64,000 nucleotides of DNA from Candidatus Levyibacteriota bacterium (GTDB lineage Bacteria; Patescibacteriota; Microgenomatia; Levybacterales; UBA12049), in contig JACOXT010000003.1 of the NCBI GenBank assembly GCA_016182235.1, positions 529,199-593,198 on the forward strand. The letters run 5' to 3'. Under the pieces are notes generated by a model, which worked only from the letters and a program-made list of their open reading frames with translations, was not told the DNA's origin and did not search any database. Shown piece after piece: positions 9,585-22,037 of this stretch. Position numbers and translations under genes: made by a program. Each line of letters starts with the position of its first letter. Within the stretch, counting starts at the first letter, position 1.

Positions 9585-10200
9585 GGTTTTGAAGATACTT
9601 TTTGCCATGCCCAACAATTGTGTTTATAGGCATATTTTTCTTGCAAAAAGGACAATCTTTCTTCTCAAAAGATTGTGCTTCAAAAACACCAAGGTAAGAA
9701 AGGGGAGCGTCAACTGTTTTTGAAGTTACTTTTTTAGGATCACGATTTATCATAACACACACTTCCATTACCTTTCCATCAGCTTTTCTTATGCTTTCCA
9801 CAACCTTTCTTACAGAGCCTCCGGTAGTAGTAAGGTCCTCCAAAACCAAAACGTTCTTACCCTTAACCAATTGCTCATATCCGCGTCTAAATACCTGATT
9901 ATTGTTTTCGTCTTTTTCAGTAAAGATGCCGAGTATTTCTCTCTTTTTAAATTTTGAGAGATGATATCCAGTCCATTGTGAAAGAATAATTCCGCCTATC
10001 GAAGGCCCAACCACAACATCAATATCTTTGTTTTTAAATTTTTCTGCGAAAAGTTTACAAATCTTAGATGTTTCAAATGTATGAGGATAAAGCATATCTT
10101 TCCGAATATATACACTGCCATGTCTTTCTGAGGTATAGACAAAATGATCGTTAGTTATAATAGCTCCAATATTCTTTAATATTCTTACAACATTTGTCAT
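9574..10200 (-). CDS. pyrE: Orotate phosphoribosyltransferase
   Basis: HFVYTSERHGSVYIRK, PRPP-binding VLVLEDLTTTGGSV; adjacent to pyrF. Confidence 0.85.
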   Translation of the reverse strand: MTNVVRILKNIGAIITNDHFVYTSERHGSVYIRKDMLYPHTFETSKICKLFAEKFKNKDIDVVVGPSIGGIILSQWTGYHLSKFKKREILGIFTEKDENNNQVFRRGYEQLVKGKNVLVLEDLTTTGGSVRKVVESIRKADGKVMEVCVMINRDPKKVTSKTVDAPLSYLGVFEAQSFEKKDCPFCKKNMPINTIVGHGKKYLQNLAL

Positions 10201-11042
10201 CTGAATCTATTGATTATATTCTTGAGCTCTGAAGCCTTTTTTCTCGGATAAGGGTCATAGATAATACTTCTCCCTACATTAAACATAATACCACTTTTAT
10301 CTTTATTAACTCCTACTTTTGCAGCTTTTTCGGCCTCACCTTTTTGTGCACCAATTCCTGGAACTAAAAAGTACATATTCGGAGCAATTTTACGAATTTT
10401 TTTTAAATCATTCGGCCAGGTTGCACCAATAACCATAAGACAATTTTTGTATTTTTTGTCCCATTCAACCACGTTTCTGGCAATATTCAAGTAGAGCGGT
10501 TCTACAATCTCCCTAGGTGTCCTATTTAAACCACTTCCCAGGTGTATGCCTGGTGACACATAGGAATCCTGAAAATCTTTTGCGCCAGGATTGGATGTTT
10601 TACAAAGAATAATGACGCCTTTGTCTTTATATTCAAGAAATGGTTCGATTGAGTCGAATCCGAGATAAGGATTAACCGTTATCGCGTCAACATTCCAATA
10701 TCCAAATGCAGATTTAGCGTACATTTTTGAAGCATTTCCTATATCTGCGCGTTTGGCGTCAAGAATAATTGGGATTTCTGGATGGTAATATTTTATGTAT
10801 TCAACTGTTTTTTTGAGTTGACTTAAACCCTTCAATCCGTAAGCCTCGTAGAATGCGATATTAGGTTTATACGCACATACCAAATCATGTGTTTTTTTTA
10901 TTATTTCTATGTTAAATTCAAAGATCGAATCCTTCTTTTTCAATAAAAAATTTGGAATCTTTTCTAAATCTGGATCAAGCCCAATGCACAAAAGAGAGTT
11001 ATTCTTTTTTATAATAATTTCAAGCTTTTGTTTGAAGTTCAT
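10197..11042 (-). CDS. pyrF: Orotidine-5'-phosphate decarboxylase
   Basis: LCIGLDP, ILDAKRADIGN, TSNPGA, LVPGIGAQ. Confidence 0.92.
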   Translation of the reverse strand: MNFKQKLEIIIKKNNSLLCIGLDPDLEKIPNFLLKKKDSIFEFNIEIIKKTHDLVCAYKPNIAFYEAYGLKGLSQLKKTVEYIKYYHPEIPIILDAKRADIGNASKMYAKSAFGYWNVDAITVNPYLGFDSIEPFLEYKDKGVIILCKTSNPGAKDFQDSYVSPGIHLGSGLNRTPREIVEPLYLNIARNVVEWDKKYKNCLMVIGATWPNDLKKIRKIAPNMYFLVPGIGAQKGEAEKAAKVGVNKDKSGIMFNVGRSIIYDPYPRKKASELKNIINRFR

Positions 11043-11047
11043 GTGTT

Positions 11048-11623
11048 TTATATCCGCCTTAAATTCAACTCTTTTATTATTTGGCCAACTAAACCCGGAG
11101 GAGAGTCATCTAATATTATTTTTGCTTTGGATTTTTTTTGAATTTTTTTACTAAGCCCTTCAAGCTCGTCGGCAACTCCACCTGTGCCTGTTAAAACTCC
11201 TATGACTTTCCCCATATCATAAAGATTTGTAAATTCGTTCATAGTTCCCCAGCGTCCGGATATGATTATTCCACAATCACAATTCGCAGTTGATATCACA
11301 TTTCGATATTTTTTGCAAACTTGTTCATCTTCTGAGAATTCAAATTCTTTGGGGATGTAAACTAATTTTTTATATATGGAAAGGTCGTCTTTTGGCGTAA
11401 ACTTCCTTTGTCCCTGTAAATCTAATTTTGGTGAATATCCCCACACAGGATTGCCGTTTTTTGAACCATATCTTGCTGTTAAATAGGGAAGTCCCGAACA
11501 TGCGCCAGTAATTAACGTAACCTTATGGTTGCTTAGTGCTCGTCCCAGTTCAATTGCTTTTTTTTCAGAATTAGCCTCGATTTCAACCGCAGATGAACCA
11601 AAAATTCCAATTTTATAATTCAT
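11048..11623 (-). CDS. LOG/SLOG family nucleotide-binding protein
   Basis: ITGACSGLP, RNV, GRWGTMNEF, GTGGVAD; start placed at MNYKIG. Confidence 0.75.
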   Translation of the reverse strand: MNYKIGIFGSSAVEIEANSEKKAIELGRALSNHKVTLITGACSGLPYLTARYGSKNGNPVWGYSPKLDLQGQRKFTPKDDLSIYKKLVYIPKEFEFSEDEQVCKKYRNVISTANCDCGIIISGRWGTMNEFTNLYDMGKVIGVLTGTGGVADELEGLSKKIQKKSKAKIILDDSPPGLVGQIIKELNLRRI

Positions 11624-12683
11624 GTTTCCAAATTTGATAAGCAAGATAAGGATTCCACATTGCACCGGTTGCTGATTGAACTAAATCTGCGCCAGCTTTT
11701 CGATATTCAAAATAATCATATGGCGTCATAACTCCGCCAACTCCTATAATTTCGAAAGTGTATTTTTTTACTTTCCGGATTTTATTTAATTTTTTAACCA
11801 TTCTGAGGCCAGCCCACTTAATTGCGCTACCACACACCCCGCTTTTCAGACGATTTGGGCCAGGGAGCGCTTGCTTGCCATCTCGGTCAACAACTTCGAC
11901 CTGAAGTGTATTAATAGAAGAAATTGCGTTAGCATACTTCTGGGTAATTTCTGCTATTTTTTCTATATCTTTGGAATTTTTATAATATCCTACCTTTAAA
12001 ATTAAAGGAGTATTTCCAATAGCTTTTCTCAATAGTCTACAAATTTTTTCGGTAGCATCAAGGTTGTAACAGACTAATCCTTCGTTCCCAATATTCGGAC
12101 ATGAAAGATTCGCTTCAAGAGCTTTGACATGTGTTTGGCTTGCTAGTCTTCCAGCTTTCACAAAGTCCTCTATAAATTCTTGTTGAGTTTGATTCTTTCT
12201 GACTGTACCCATGAAACTTAACACCAAAAGTTGCCCTTTTCTTTCATAAGTTTTGGCCTTCTTAACATCTTGTTGCCAATCCTTTGGTCTTTTCGAAGGA
12301 ACACCAAACGAATTTGTAATACTTACCGAGCCTGAAAGAGGAGACGTTGCTACTGCCGTCAAGCGGGGAGTTTCTCGAGGGTGGAGTTCTTTAGGAGTTT
12401 TTACATAAAGTACATTCGGAAAAGGATGGCAGGGAAATATGTCTCCTCTTACGGTTTTGTAAACTGATACGGAAAATCCAAAGTCAAACGCACTCTTAAT
12501 AAATTTACTATTTAATAATGGACCGGCGGGGATTCCGAAAGGAAGGTTAATAGGCAGCCCTAAGAAACTATATTTTGGCTTGGTCTTTTTGAAAATTGGC
12601 CGTTTTAGTTTTTTAAGCCCCAAAGGTCCGAGGCTGTAATTTTCTTCGTATGATTTAAATATATCATAAAAAGGAGCGTTCAT
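11613..12683 (-). CDS. Dihydroorotate dehydrogenase-like FMN enzyme
   Basis: GIPAGPL, YKTV, EANLSCPN, INT, IIGVGGV, GADLVQ; clustered with pyrF/pyrE. Confidence 0.75.
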   Translation of the reverse strand: MNAPFYDIFKSYEENYSLGPLGLKKLKRPIFKKTKPKYSFLGLPINLPFGIPAGPLLNSKFIKSAFDFGFSVSVYKTVRGDIFPCHPFPNVLYVKTPKELHPRETPRLTAVATSPLSGSVSITNSFGVPSKRPKDWQQDVKKAKTYERKGQLLVLSFMGTVRKNQTQQEFIEDFVKAGRLASQTHVKALEANLSCPNIGNEGLVCYNLDATEKICRLLRKAIGNTPLILKVGYYKNSKDIEKIAEITQKYANAISSINTLQVEVVDRDGKQALPGPNRLKSGVCGSAIKWAGLRMVKKLNKIRKVKKYTFEIIGVGGVMTPYDYFEYRKAGADLVQSATGAMWNPYLAYQIWKHEL

Positions 12684-13090
12684 GATCTTCTTCTTCGTTT
12701 TCCTGCGACCTTAAGCTCAATAATTGCCTTGAGAAGCTCTCCCTGGGCAATCTTAAAGTCTTTCTCGGATGTTTTTTCCTGCATTATCTTTTCGGCTCTT
12801 TTTTTTGCTTCTTCGACCTTAGCTATTTCTATATCCTGTGTTTTTATTGCGTAATCAGCGAGAATGCTCACTCTGTTTTTACTTACTTCCATAAATCCTC
12901 CTGTTACGGCAAGGGAATGAATATTTGAACCCTTCTTAACAATTAACTCGCCAGGGAAGACTTGTGTGAGTAAATTTATATGGTTCGGCAAGATAGTGAT
13001 CTCCCCATTAACAGTTGGGACGACGATTTCGTCAACTTCATCCTTAAAAACGGTTGTTAATGGCGTGAGTATTTCAAAAGTAAGATTCAT
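12680..13090 (-). CDS. atpC: ATP synthase F1 epsilon subunit
   Basis: EILTP, GEITILPNH, GGFMEV; operon position. Confidence 0.92.
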   Translation of the reverse strand: MNLTFEILTPLTTVFKDEVDEIVVPTVNGEITILPNHINLLTQVFPGELIVKKGSNIHSLAVTGGFMEVSKNRVSILADYAIKTQDIEIAKVEEAKKRAEKIMQEKTSEKDFKIAQGELLKAIIELKVAGKRRRRS

Positions 13091-13092
13091 GA

Positions 13093-15340
<2,248 letters not shown>

Positions 15341-15341
15341 A

Positions 15342-16856
15342 TTAGAACCCTTTCTTAAATTCAAGTATTATTTTTTTTATCTTGTCCAGTAGTTCAACTT
15401 TAGGCTTCTCTCCGCTTGAAAACTCTTCAATAATTTTTGGATTATTTCTGGGAATGAAATTGTGGAGTTCGGTTTCGAATCTTTCAAAAGATTCAAGCGG
15501 AATATCATCCATAAGACCATTTGTAACAGCAAAAATGCTCAAAAACTCGAGACTCTCCGATAGTGGGTGGAACTGAGGTTGTTTAAGAATCTCAATTAAT
15601 CTTTTTCCCCGATCTAACTGTTTTTGTGTCGCAGGGTCCAGCTCGCTGCCAAATTGGGAAAAAGCAGCCAAAGAATTATACTGTGCTAGATCAAGGCGTA
15701 ATTTTCCTGAAATAGATTTAATCGCAGGAGTCTGGGCGGCTCCACCTACCCTTGATACAGATTGGCCTACATTTATAGCTGGTCTAATCCCTGCGTTAAA
15801 AAGATCAGCTTGAAGATAAATTTGACCATCGGTAATTGATATTACATTGGTTGGAATATATGCTGATATATCATTTGCTTGCGTTTCTATTATTGGAAGT
15901 GCTGTTATAGACCCTCCTCCATTTTCCTTATTCAATTTGACTGCTCTTTCGAGGAGACGGCTGTGAAGATAGAAAATGTCTCCAGGATATGCTTCTCTTC
16001 CGGCTGGGCGTCTCAGAACTAAAGAGATTTGTCTATAACTCCACGCGTGTTTGGTAAGATCGTCATATACCACTAAAACGTCCTTCCCTTTTTCCAAAAA
16101 ATATTCTGCAATTGCTGCTCCTGCGTATGGCGCGAGGTATTGCAAAGACGCAGGTTCGGAAGAACTCGCAGCAACAACAATAGAATAACTCAAGGCGCCC
16201 GAAGAGCTAAGTCTGTCAATAATTTGAGTTATTGTGCTTCGTTTTTGACCTATCGCTACATAAATACATATGACTTGCTTTTCGCTTTTAGTTTTTAATT
16301 TTTGATTAATTATAGTATCAATAGCGATTGCTGTTTTCCCTGTCTGCCTATCGCCTATAATAAGTTCCCTTTGTCCACGCCCAATAGGAATCATTGAATC
16401 GATTGCTTTGATTCCAGTTTTAAGCGGCTTATTAACCGGTTCTCTTTTAATAACTCCTGGAGCTATTTTCTCAAGAGGCATTGTCTTATCTTTTTTGATT
16501 TTTTGTTTTCCATCCAGTGCCTCTCCAAGAGGACTAATGACTCTACCAAGCAGGCTATCTGAAACATCTATTCCAAGCGTGAGACCTGTTGTTTTTACAA
16601 TATCTCCCTCTTTTATTTTCTGCCCTACATCTAAAAGAGTTATAGAAACACTGTCTTCATCTAGATTTAAAACAACGCCAGTACTCCCATCATTGAAAAA
16701 TACTTTTTCTCCCATTGTGGCCTTTGATAAGCCACTGGCAATTACCACTCCATCCGCGTATTTAATGACCTTGCCGATATTTTGAGTTTTGAGATCCGTT
16801 CCAAATGTGGCCAGTTTCTTCTCAAGATTTTGAACAATTTTATCCGCATCAATCAT
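15342..16856 (-). CDS. atpA: ATP synthase F1 alpha subunit
   Basis: GDRQTGKT, RRPAGREAYPGDIFYLHSRLLER. Confidence 0.97.
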   Translation of the reverse strand: MIDADKIVQNLEKKLATFGTDLKTQNIGKVIKYADGVVIASGLSKATMGEKVFFNDGSTGVVLNLDEDSVSITLLDVGQKIKEGDIVKTTGLTLGIDVSDSLLGRVISPLGEALDGKQKIKKDKTMPLEKIAPGVIKREPVNKPLKTGIKAIDSMIPIGRGQRELIIGDRQTGKTAIAIDTIINQKLKTKSEKQVICIYVAIGQKRSTITQIIDRLSSSGALSYSIVVAASSSEPASLQYLAPYAGAAIAEYFLEKGKDVLVVYDDLTKHAWSYRQISLVLRRPAGREAYPGDIFYLHSRLLERAVKLNKENGGGSITALPIIETQANDISAYIPTNVISITDGQIYLQADLFNAGIRPAINVGQSVSRVGGAAQTPAIKSISGKLRLDLAQYNSLAAFSQFGSELDPATQKQLDRGKRLIEILKQPQFHPLSESLEFLSIFAVTNGLMDDIPLESFERFETELHNFIPRNNPKIIEEFSSGEKPKVELLDKIKKIILEFKKGF

Positions 16857-17196
16857 AGTCTTTTTCTATATTTTCAATAATTTTATTAAGTGTATCTTTT
16901 AAAGAGTATCTATATACGGTATCATTGTCTACTATTTGAACACCAAGAAGAAGTGATGAATCTTTTTTTACTATAATTCTCTTATTTGGGAAAATTTTTG
17001 AAAACGATCTTTGGTCAATATAGCCGGGAGATGAGACTATTATTTTTTTGGTGTTGTCTAAACTTTTAAGTGCCGTAATATATTTTTTTAAATCGCTTCT
17101 ATTGAAAAGTGACGAGATGAGATTAACTTTTCTTTCATTTAAATAAACCCCGTTGTAACTTTCTAAAGCAAGATGAGTTATCTTTTTCTTATTCAT
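16849..17196 (-). CDS. atpH: ATP synthase delta subunit, short divergent form
   Basis: Lies between atpF and atpA; C-terminal DSSLLLGVQI...YSLKDTL resembles the OSCP C-terminus. Confidence 0.7.
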   Translation of the reverse strand: MNKKKITHLALESYNGVYLNERKVNLISSLFNRSDLKKYITALKSLDNTKKIIVSSPGYIDQRSFSKIFPNKRIIVKKDSSLLLGVQIVDNDTVYRYSLKDTLNKIIENIEKDYD

Positions 17197-17203
17197 AGAT
17201 TTC

Positions 17204-17707
17204 TCAGTTTGTTTTCTTTACTATTTTTAATGCCTTTGTTAAAACTTCTTTTTGCTCCTTTTCGGAAAAAAACTCAGAAAGGGCCTTCTCTAAAAGAGAC
17301 GTTGCTATTTTACTAACGTAGACTGAAAGTCTCCTTTCTGTCTCGTGAGATTCTCTCGCTATCTGGTCTTGGGCATCACTTATCATTTTTTCTGTTTGTT
17401 TCTTACTATCTTCCCGAATCTGTCTTGAAACTTCCAGCGCTTCATTTTTCGCTGACTCAATAATTTTTTTTGCTTGTTCTTGGGCTCCCCTTAAAATCCT
17501 TTTTTCATCCTCGATTACTTTCTCAAGCCTTATGCTAGCGGCTTCTGCCTGCGCTAACCCCTCCTTTATGGTATTCTCTCTTTTTTTCAGAAGCTCCAGA
17601 ATTGGTTTATATAGAAATTTTTTAAGTACAAAAAGAATTACTAAAAAATTTACTACCTGGGTACCCAAAAGAAATGGATCTAATCCAAAGTTATTTATAA
17701 TATCCAT
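17204..17707 (-). CDS. atpF: ATP synthase F0 b subunit
   Basis: QVVNFLVILFVLKKFLYKPI TM followed by coiled coil. Confidence 0.92.
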   Translation of the reverse strand: MDIINNFGLDPFLLGTQVVNFLVILFVLKKFLYKPILELLKKRENTIKEGLAQAEAASIRLEKVIEDEKRILRGAQEQAKKIIESAKNEALEVSRQIREDSKKQTEKMISDAQDQIARESHETERRLSVYVSKIATSLLEKALSEFFSEKEQKEVLTKALKIVKKTN

Positions 17708-17778
17708 AAAATCAGTTAAAAATTCAAAGTGCAAAGTTCAAAATTTGAGACTTTAAACTGTAACTTTTAACTCTTAAT

Positions 17779-17985
17779 TTATCCCGTAAATGCGAGTATC
17801 AAAGAGTAAATCGCAATTGCTTCAGCAAACGCCATAGCAAGTAGCATCGCTGGAAGAATTCTTCCTGATGCTTCGGGATTTCTGCCCAATGCCTCCATTG
17901 CTTTTGCTCCAATAAGACCAACCGCGAGCGCCGGCAGCATCCCTCCTAACGCGACGATCAAACCTCCTGTAACACTAATGTCCAT
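17779..17985 (-). CDS. atpE: ATP synthase F0 c subunit
   Basis: GRNPEA loop, FAEAIAIY with ion-binding Glu; strong SD GGGGGTGA upstream. Confidence 0.95.
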   Translation of the reverse strand: MDISVTGGLIVALGGMLPALAVGLIGAKAMEALGRNPEASGRILPAMLLAMAFAEAIAIYSLILAFTG

Positions 17986-18066
17986 TGTTTTATTTCACCC
18001 CCTTTATATTTAACTGAGAAACTCAAAATATTCTACTATTTAGTGAGTTATCTTACAACTATTAAC

Positions 18067-18795
18067 TCATCTTTTCTCAGCGTGATGAGGAATTGTCAAG
18101 ATTGCCATAAATACCATTGTTAACATCGAGAACACAAGGGCTTGAACCAAGCCAACGATAATCTCTAAAAGTAAAAAAGGAAGCGGAACTAAGAAAGCAA
18201 AGATCGAAGAAACTGTTATTAACACAACCTCTCCGGCGAATATATTCCCAAACAGACGAAATGATAGGGAAATAATTTTAGTTATCTCCGAGATAATCTC
18301 TAAAATTCCAACAAAAAGATTTATCGGATTTAAAGAAAAATAGCGACTAAGATAGTCTTTTATTCCTATTGTATTAATACTCATTATATGGGTTGCGACA
18401 ACTGACACCAGAGAAAGACCTAAAGTTGTATTTAGGTCACTTGTCGTTCCCCTAAAAAAAGGTATGAGCTTATCATGTTCCCAAAAGCCGATTGTCCCAA
18501 TGCCGGGAATAAGCCCGCTCCAGTTGGCAAATAATATAAATAAGAAAAAACTCATAAAATACGGAAAGATTTTTATAGCTCGGTTTTCAGCCACAGAAAC
18601 AAGTAGGGTATAAAACGTTTCGATTACAGACTCTGTAATATTTTGCAGTTTCCCTTTTGGAACTAATTGTAAGTTCCTTGATATGTAAAAAGCTCCGCCT
18701 ATTAGCGTAGCGTCAACAAATAATGTGTTTAAAAGAGTGTTCGTTATTGGAAATTGACCAATCTTAAAAATAAGTTCGGGCGCGAATGAAACCAT
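18067..18795 (-). CDS. atpB: ATP synthase F0 a subunit
   Basis: NWSGLIPG, SLSFRLFGNIFAGE, VQALVFSMLT. Confidence 0.95.
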   Translation of the reverse strand: MVSFAPELIFKIGQFPITNTLLNTLFVDATLIGGAFYISRNLQLVPKGKLQNITESVIETFYTLLVSVAENRAIKIFPYFMSFFLFILFANWSGLIPGIGTIGFWEHDKLIPFFRGTTSDLNTTLGLSLVSVVATHIMSINTIGIKDYLSRYFSLNPINLFVGILEIISEITKIISLSFRLFGNIFAGEVVLITVSSIFAFLVPLPFLLLEIIVGLVQALVFSMLTMVFMAILTIPHHAEKR

Positions 18796-18866
18796 TACGA
18801 TTTAATTGTAATAAGACTCCAGATATAAGTCAAGAAGAATTTTGTCAGACTTTTGTCAGGAAAAAT

Positions 18867-21800
18867 TTAATGTTTACTAACAGACGAGATTTTTTCCGCA
18901 ATTATGGTTGGTTTATCGTTTTTGGTATCAACATGCCCTTCAATTACAACCACAGAATCCTTAGTTAGAAGACTTTTATGCTGAGAAAATATCCTTGGGA
19001 ATACGACACACTCTATCGTTACCCCTTTTTCGTTCCCGATTAATAAAAAAGCCATCTCGTGATTATTCTTTTTTGTAAAAATTCTCCTTGTGGCTTCGAT
19101 AATACCCCCAACTTTAACTCTTGTGCCTTCTTTTTCCTCAACAAGGAGCTCAATTTCATGGGAAATAACCGATTTGAGAAACATAAGGTTATTGAGTTGA
19201 GGATGAGAAGTAAGATATAATCCAAGAAACTCTTTCTCAAAAGCCAATTTTTCATTTGTTGAAAAATCCTCAACAGCATTTTGGATCGTTTTAACAGAAA
19301 CCGATATTTCATCTGATCCAAAGAGACTTGTCTGTCCAGCTTCATTTTGTTTCTTTTGCTTATGGAGTTTTGCGACAATTTCAGGGAAAGATATTAGTAG
19401 GCTTGCCCTATTGCCAAAAGAATCCATGGCTCCTGCCTTGATGAGACTTTCAAACGTTTTTTTATTTACAGGCCCTAAATCAACTTTCGAGCAAAAATCT
19501 TCAAGATTCTTAAAATCCCCTTTTTCTCGACCGTCAAGAATGCTTTTTATTGCCGCTGTACCGACATTTTTAATAGCCGAGAGTCCAAATCTAATACTGT
19601 TTTTTTTCTCTATCATAAAATCGCTTTGAGACTTATTGATATCCGGTGGAAGAACTGTTACATTTAATCTCTTGCATTCCGAGACTGCCTGAGCTATCTT
19701 CTCATTTTTAACCGGTCCAGTTGTTCCGCGAGATTCGGCTGTTAGAAGTGCTGTCATAAACTCAACGGGATAATGAGCCTTAAGATAAGCAGTTCTAAAA
19801 GCAATTGTCGCGTATCCTGCGGCGTGAGCCTTATTGAACCCGTATCCGGCAAATGGCTCGAACAACACCCAAAAAGCCTCAGCTTTTTTCTCTATCATGC
19901 CATTTGCAATACAACCTTTAATAAATTGGTCGTGCTGTTTTTTCATTTCCGATGGGATTTTTTTACCAATTGCTTTTCTTAACTTATCTGCTTCAAGCCA
20001 GGAGTAGCCAGCGACTTTGATCGCGGTCAGTAAAACGTCATCCTGAAACGTTATTACTCCGTAAGATTCTTTCAGTATTTCCTTGAGACGGGGGTCAGGA
20101 TATCTTATTAAAGCAGGGTTATGCTTTCTTCTTATAAATTCTGGGATATTAGCCATAGGTCCTGGTCTGTACAAAGCAACCATAGCCTGCAAATCAAAAA
20201 TGCTGGTCGGCTTTAAATCTTTTATATATCTTCTCATTCCTGACGATTCCAGCTGAAATATTCCGGTTGTTTCTCCGGATGACAAAAGCATATAGGCTTT
20301 CTTATCGCCATAAGGAATGTCCGACAGATTTATTGATTTTTCCTGATTTTCCTTAATAAACCTAAGTGCTTCCTGAATAATAGTAAGATTTCGAAGTCCA
20401 AGAAAATCGATTTTAAGAAGTCCTACGCCGTCTTCTCCAACCGTGTACATGTCATATTGAGTTATTACCTTTTCGCCGTTTGTTTCTTTTTGAAGTGGAG
20501 TATATTCTGTCAGGGGTTTATCGGCGATAACAACTCCAGCGGCATGCATCGATGCATGCCGCGCAACTCCTTCAAGTTTTTTAGATAAATCAAGAAGTTT
20601 TCTAGTTTCATCTTCTGTCTGATACGCGATTCTAAGCTCTGGGCTTTGCTCTAGTGCTCTGTCTATCGTCATCGCATGACCCTGCCAGCCCATAGGAATC
20701 ATTTTGGCTATTCTATCTGGAACAGCATACGGCATCCCAAGAGCGCGGCCTGTATCCCTAACAGATCCTCTTGCTTCCATCGTTCCAAACGTGATAATCT
20801 GCGCAACCTTGTCGCGACCATACTTTTCTGTTACATACTCTATTACTTCATCTCGCCTATTGTCTGCAAAATCCAAGTCAATGTCCGGAGGGGAAGGTCG
20901 CATGGGGTTAAGAAATCTTTCAAAGGGCAGATTAAAAAATAGAGGATCAACGTCAGAAATTTCAAGCGCATAAGAAACAATTGATCCCGCATTTGATCCA
21001 CGCCCCGGGCCAACAGTAATTCCGCGGGATTTTGCCCACCCAACAAAATCCGCGACAATCAAAATATACTTTTCATATCCTTTTTTTAGGATTACAGACA
21101 GCTCATATTCTGCACGTTTTTTCATGTCATTTGTTACCTGGCTGTATCTTTTCTTAAGTCCTTCTTCAACTTTCTCTCTTATATAAACTTCCGATGACTT
21201 ATTGCCTGGGACATTAAAAATAGGCATGATCCACTTCCCAAGAGTTATATCCACATCGCACATGTCTGCAATTTTTACTGTGTTTTGTATTGCTTCTTCG
21301 TTTTGTATAAAAAGTCCTTTCATTTCGTCGGGGCTTTTAATATAAAAGTCTGGTGATGAAATCATCGACAGTTTTCTGTCCTTCGTATTCAACGTGGTTT
21401 GAGTTTGGATACAAAGAAGAATTTCCTGAGCTTGAGCATCGCTAGCATTAATATAGTGGTTATCATTTGTTGCCACAAGAGGCACTCCTAATCTTTGGGA
21501 AAGCTCAATGAGTTTTTCGTTTAATTCATCTTGATCTTTTACATTTGTATGCTTCTGAAGCTCAAAATAAAAATTGCCTTCCCCAAAAATTTGCACCAGG
21601 TTCTGTGCTCTTTTCTTTGCTGTTTCAATCTGATTTTGAAGTAGTGGTTCTGATACATAACCATTTACACATGACGTTAAACAAATTAACCCTTCATGGT
21701 ATTCTTTTAAAAGTTCCATATCTGTTCTTGGGCGATAGTAGTAGCCCTCAAGATTTGCTATTGAAATTATTTTCATGAGGTTTTTATATCCAATGTTATT

Positions 21801-22022
21801 TTTTGCAAGAAGTATAAGGTGATTGGAATCGGTATCTAATCCCGCCTCCTTATCATGCCTTGAACGTCTGCTTACATATATTTCGCAACCAATAATGGGC
21901 TTTATTTCCTCTTCTAAGCATTTTTTATAAAATTTTATTACACCATACATATTTCCATGATCTGTAATTGCCAAAGCCTTCATTCCCAATACTTTGACAC
22001 GATCTACCATGGGATCAATCAA
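18867..22022 (-). CDS. dnaE: DNA polymerase III alpha subunit; extreme N-terminal PHP HxH segment absent
   Basis: AITDHG, GRGS, PPDIDLDF, GFNKAHA, C-terminal OB fold. Confidence 0.95.
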   Translation of the reverse strand: MIDPMVDRVKVLGMKALAITDHGNMYGVIKFYKKCLEEEIKPIIGCEIYVSRRSRHDKEAGLDTDSNHLILLAKNNIGYKNLMKIISIANLEGYYYRPRTDMELLKEYHEGLICLTSCVNGYVSEPLLQNQIETAKKRAQNLVQIFGEGNFYFELQKHTNVKDQDELNEKLIELSQRLGVPLVATNDNHYINASDAQAQEILLCIQTQTTLNTKDRKLSMISSPDFYIKSPDEMKGLFIQNEEAIQNTVKIADMCDVDITLGKWIMPIFNVPGNKSSEVYIREKVEEGLKKRYSQVTNDMKKRAEYELSVILKKGYEKYILIVADFVGWAKSRGITVGPGRGSNAGSIVSYALEISDVDPLFFNLPFERFLNPMRPSPPDIDLDFADNRRDEVIEYVTEKYGRDKVAQIITFGTMEARGSVRDTGRALGMPYAVPDRIAKMIPMGWQGHAMTIDRALEQSPELRIAYQTEDETRKLLDLSKKLEGVARHASMHAAGVVIADKPLTEYTPLQKETNGEKVITQYDMYTVGEDGVGLLKIDFLGLRNLTIIQEALRFIKENQEKSINLSDIPYGDKKAYMLLSSGETTGIFQLESSGMRRYIKDLKPTSIFDLQAMVALYRPGPMANIPEFIRRKHNPALIRYPDPRLKEILKESYGVITFQDDVLLTAIKVAGYSWLEADKLRKAIGKKIPSEMKKQHDQFIKGCIANGMIEKKAEAFWVLFEPFAGYGFNKAHAAGYATIAFRTAYLKAHYPVEFMTALLTAESRGTTGPVKNEKIAQAVSECKRLNVTVLPPDINKSQSDFMIEKKNSIRFGLSAIKNVGTAAIKSILDGREKGDFKNLEDFCSKVDLGPVNKKTFESLIKAGAMDSFGNRASLLISFPEIVAKLHKQKKQNEAGQTSLFGSDEISVSVKTIQNAVEDFSTNEKLAFEKEFLGLYLTSHPQLNNLMFLKSVISHEIELLVEEKEGTRVKVGGIIEATRRIFTKKNNHEMAFLLIGNEKGVTIECVVFPRIFSQHKSLLTKDSVVVIEGHVDTKNDKPTIIAEKISSVSKH

Positions 22023-22037
22023 GTATAAAGGGGTATT

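Noticed and set aside
9354..9617. 87-aa ORF in the ORF track
   Set aside because: It overlaps the nested tRNA locus and the pyrE end; a shadow ORF of GC-rich structured RNA.
17779..17985. Na+-coupled ATP synthase
   Set aside because: The c subunit reads AEAIAIY, lacking the Ser/Thr after Glu and the helix-1 polar ligand typical of Na+ sites.
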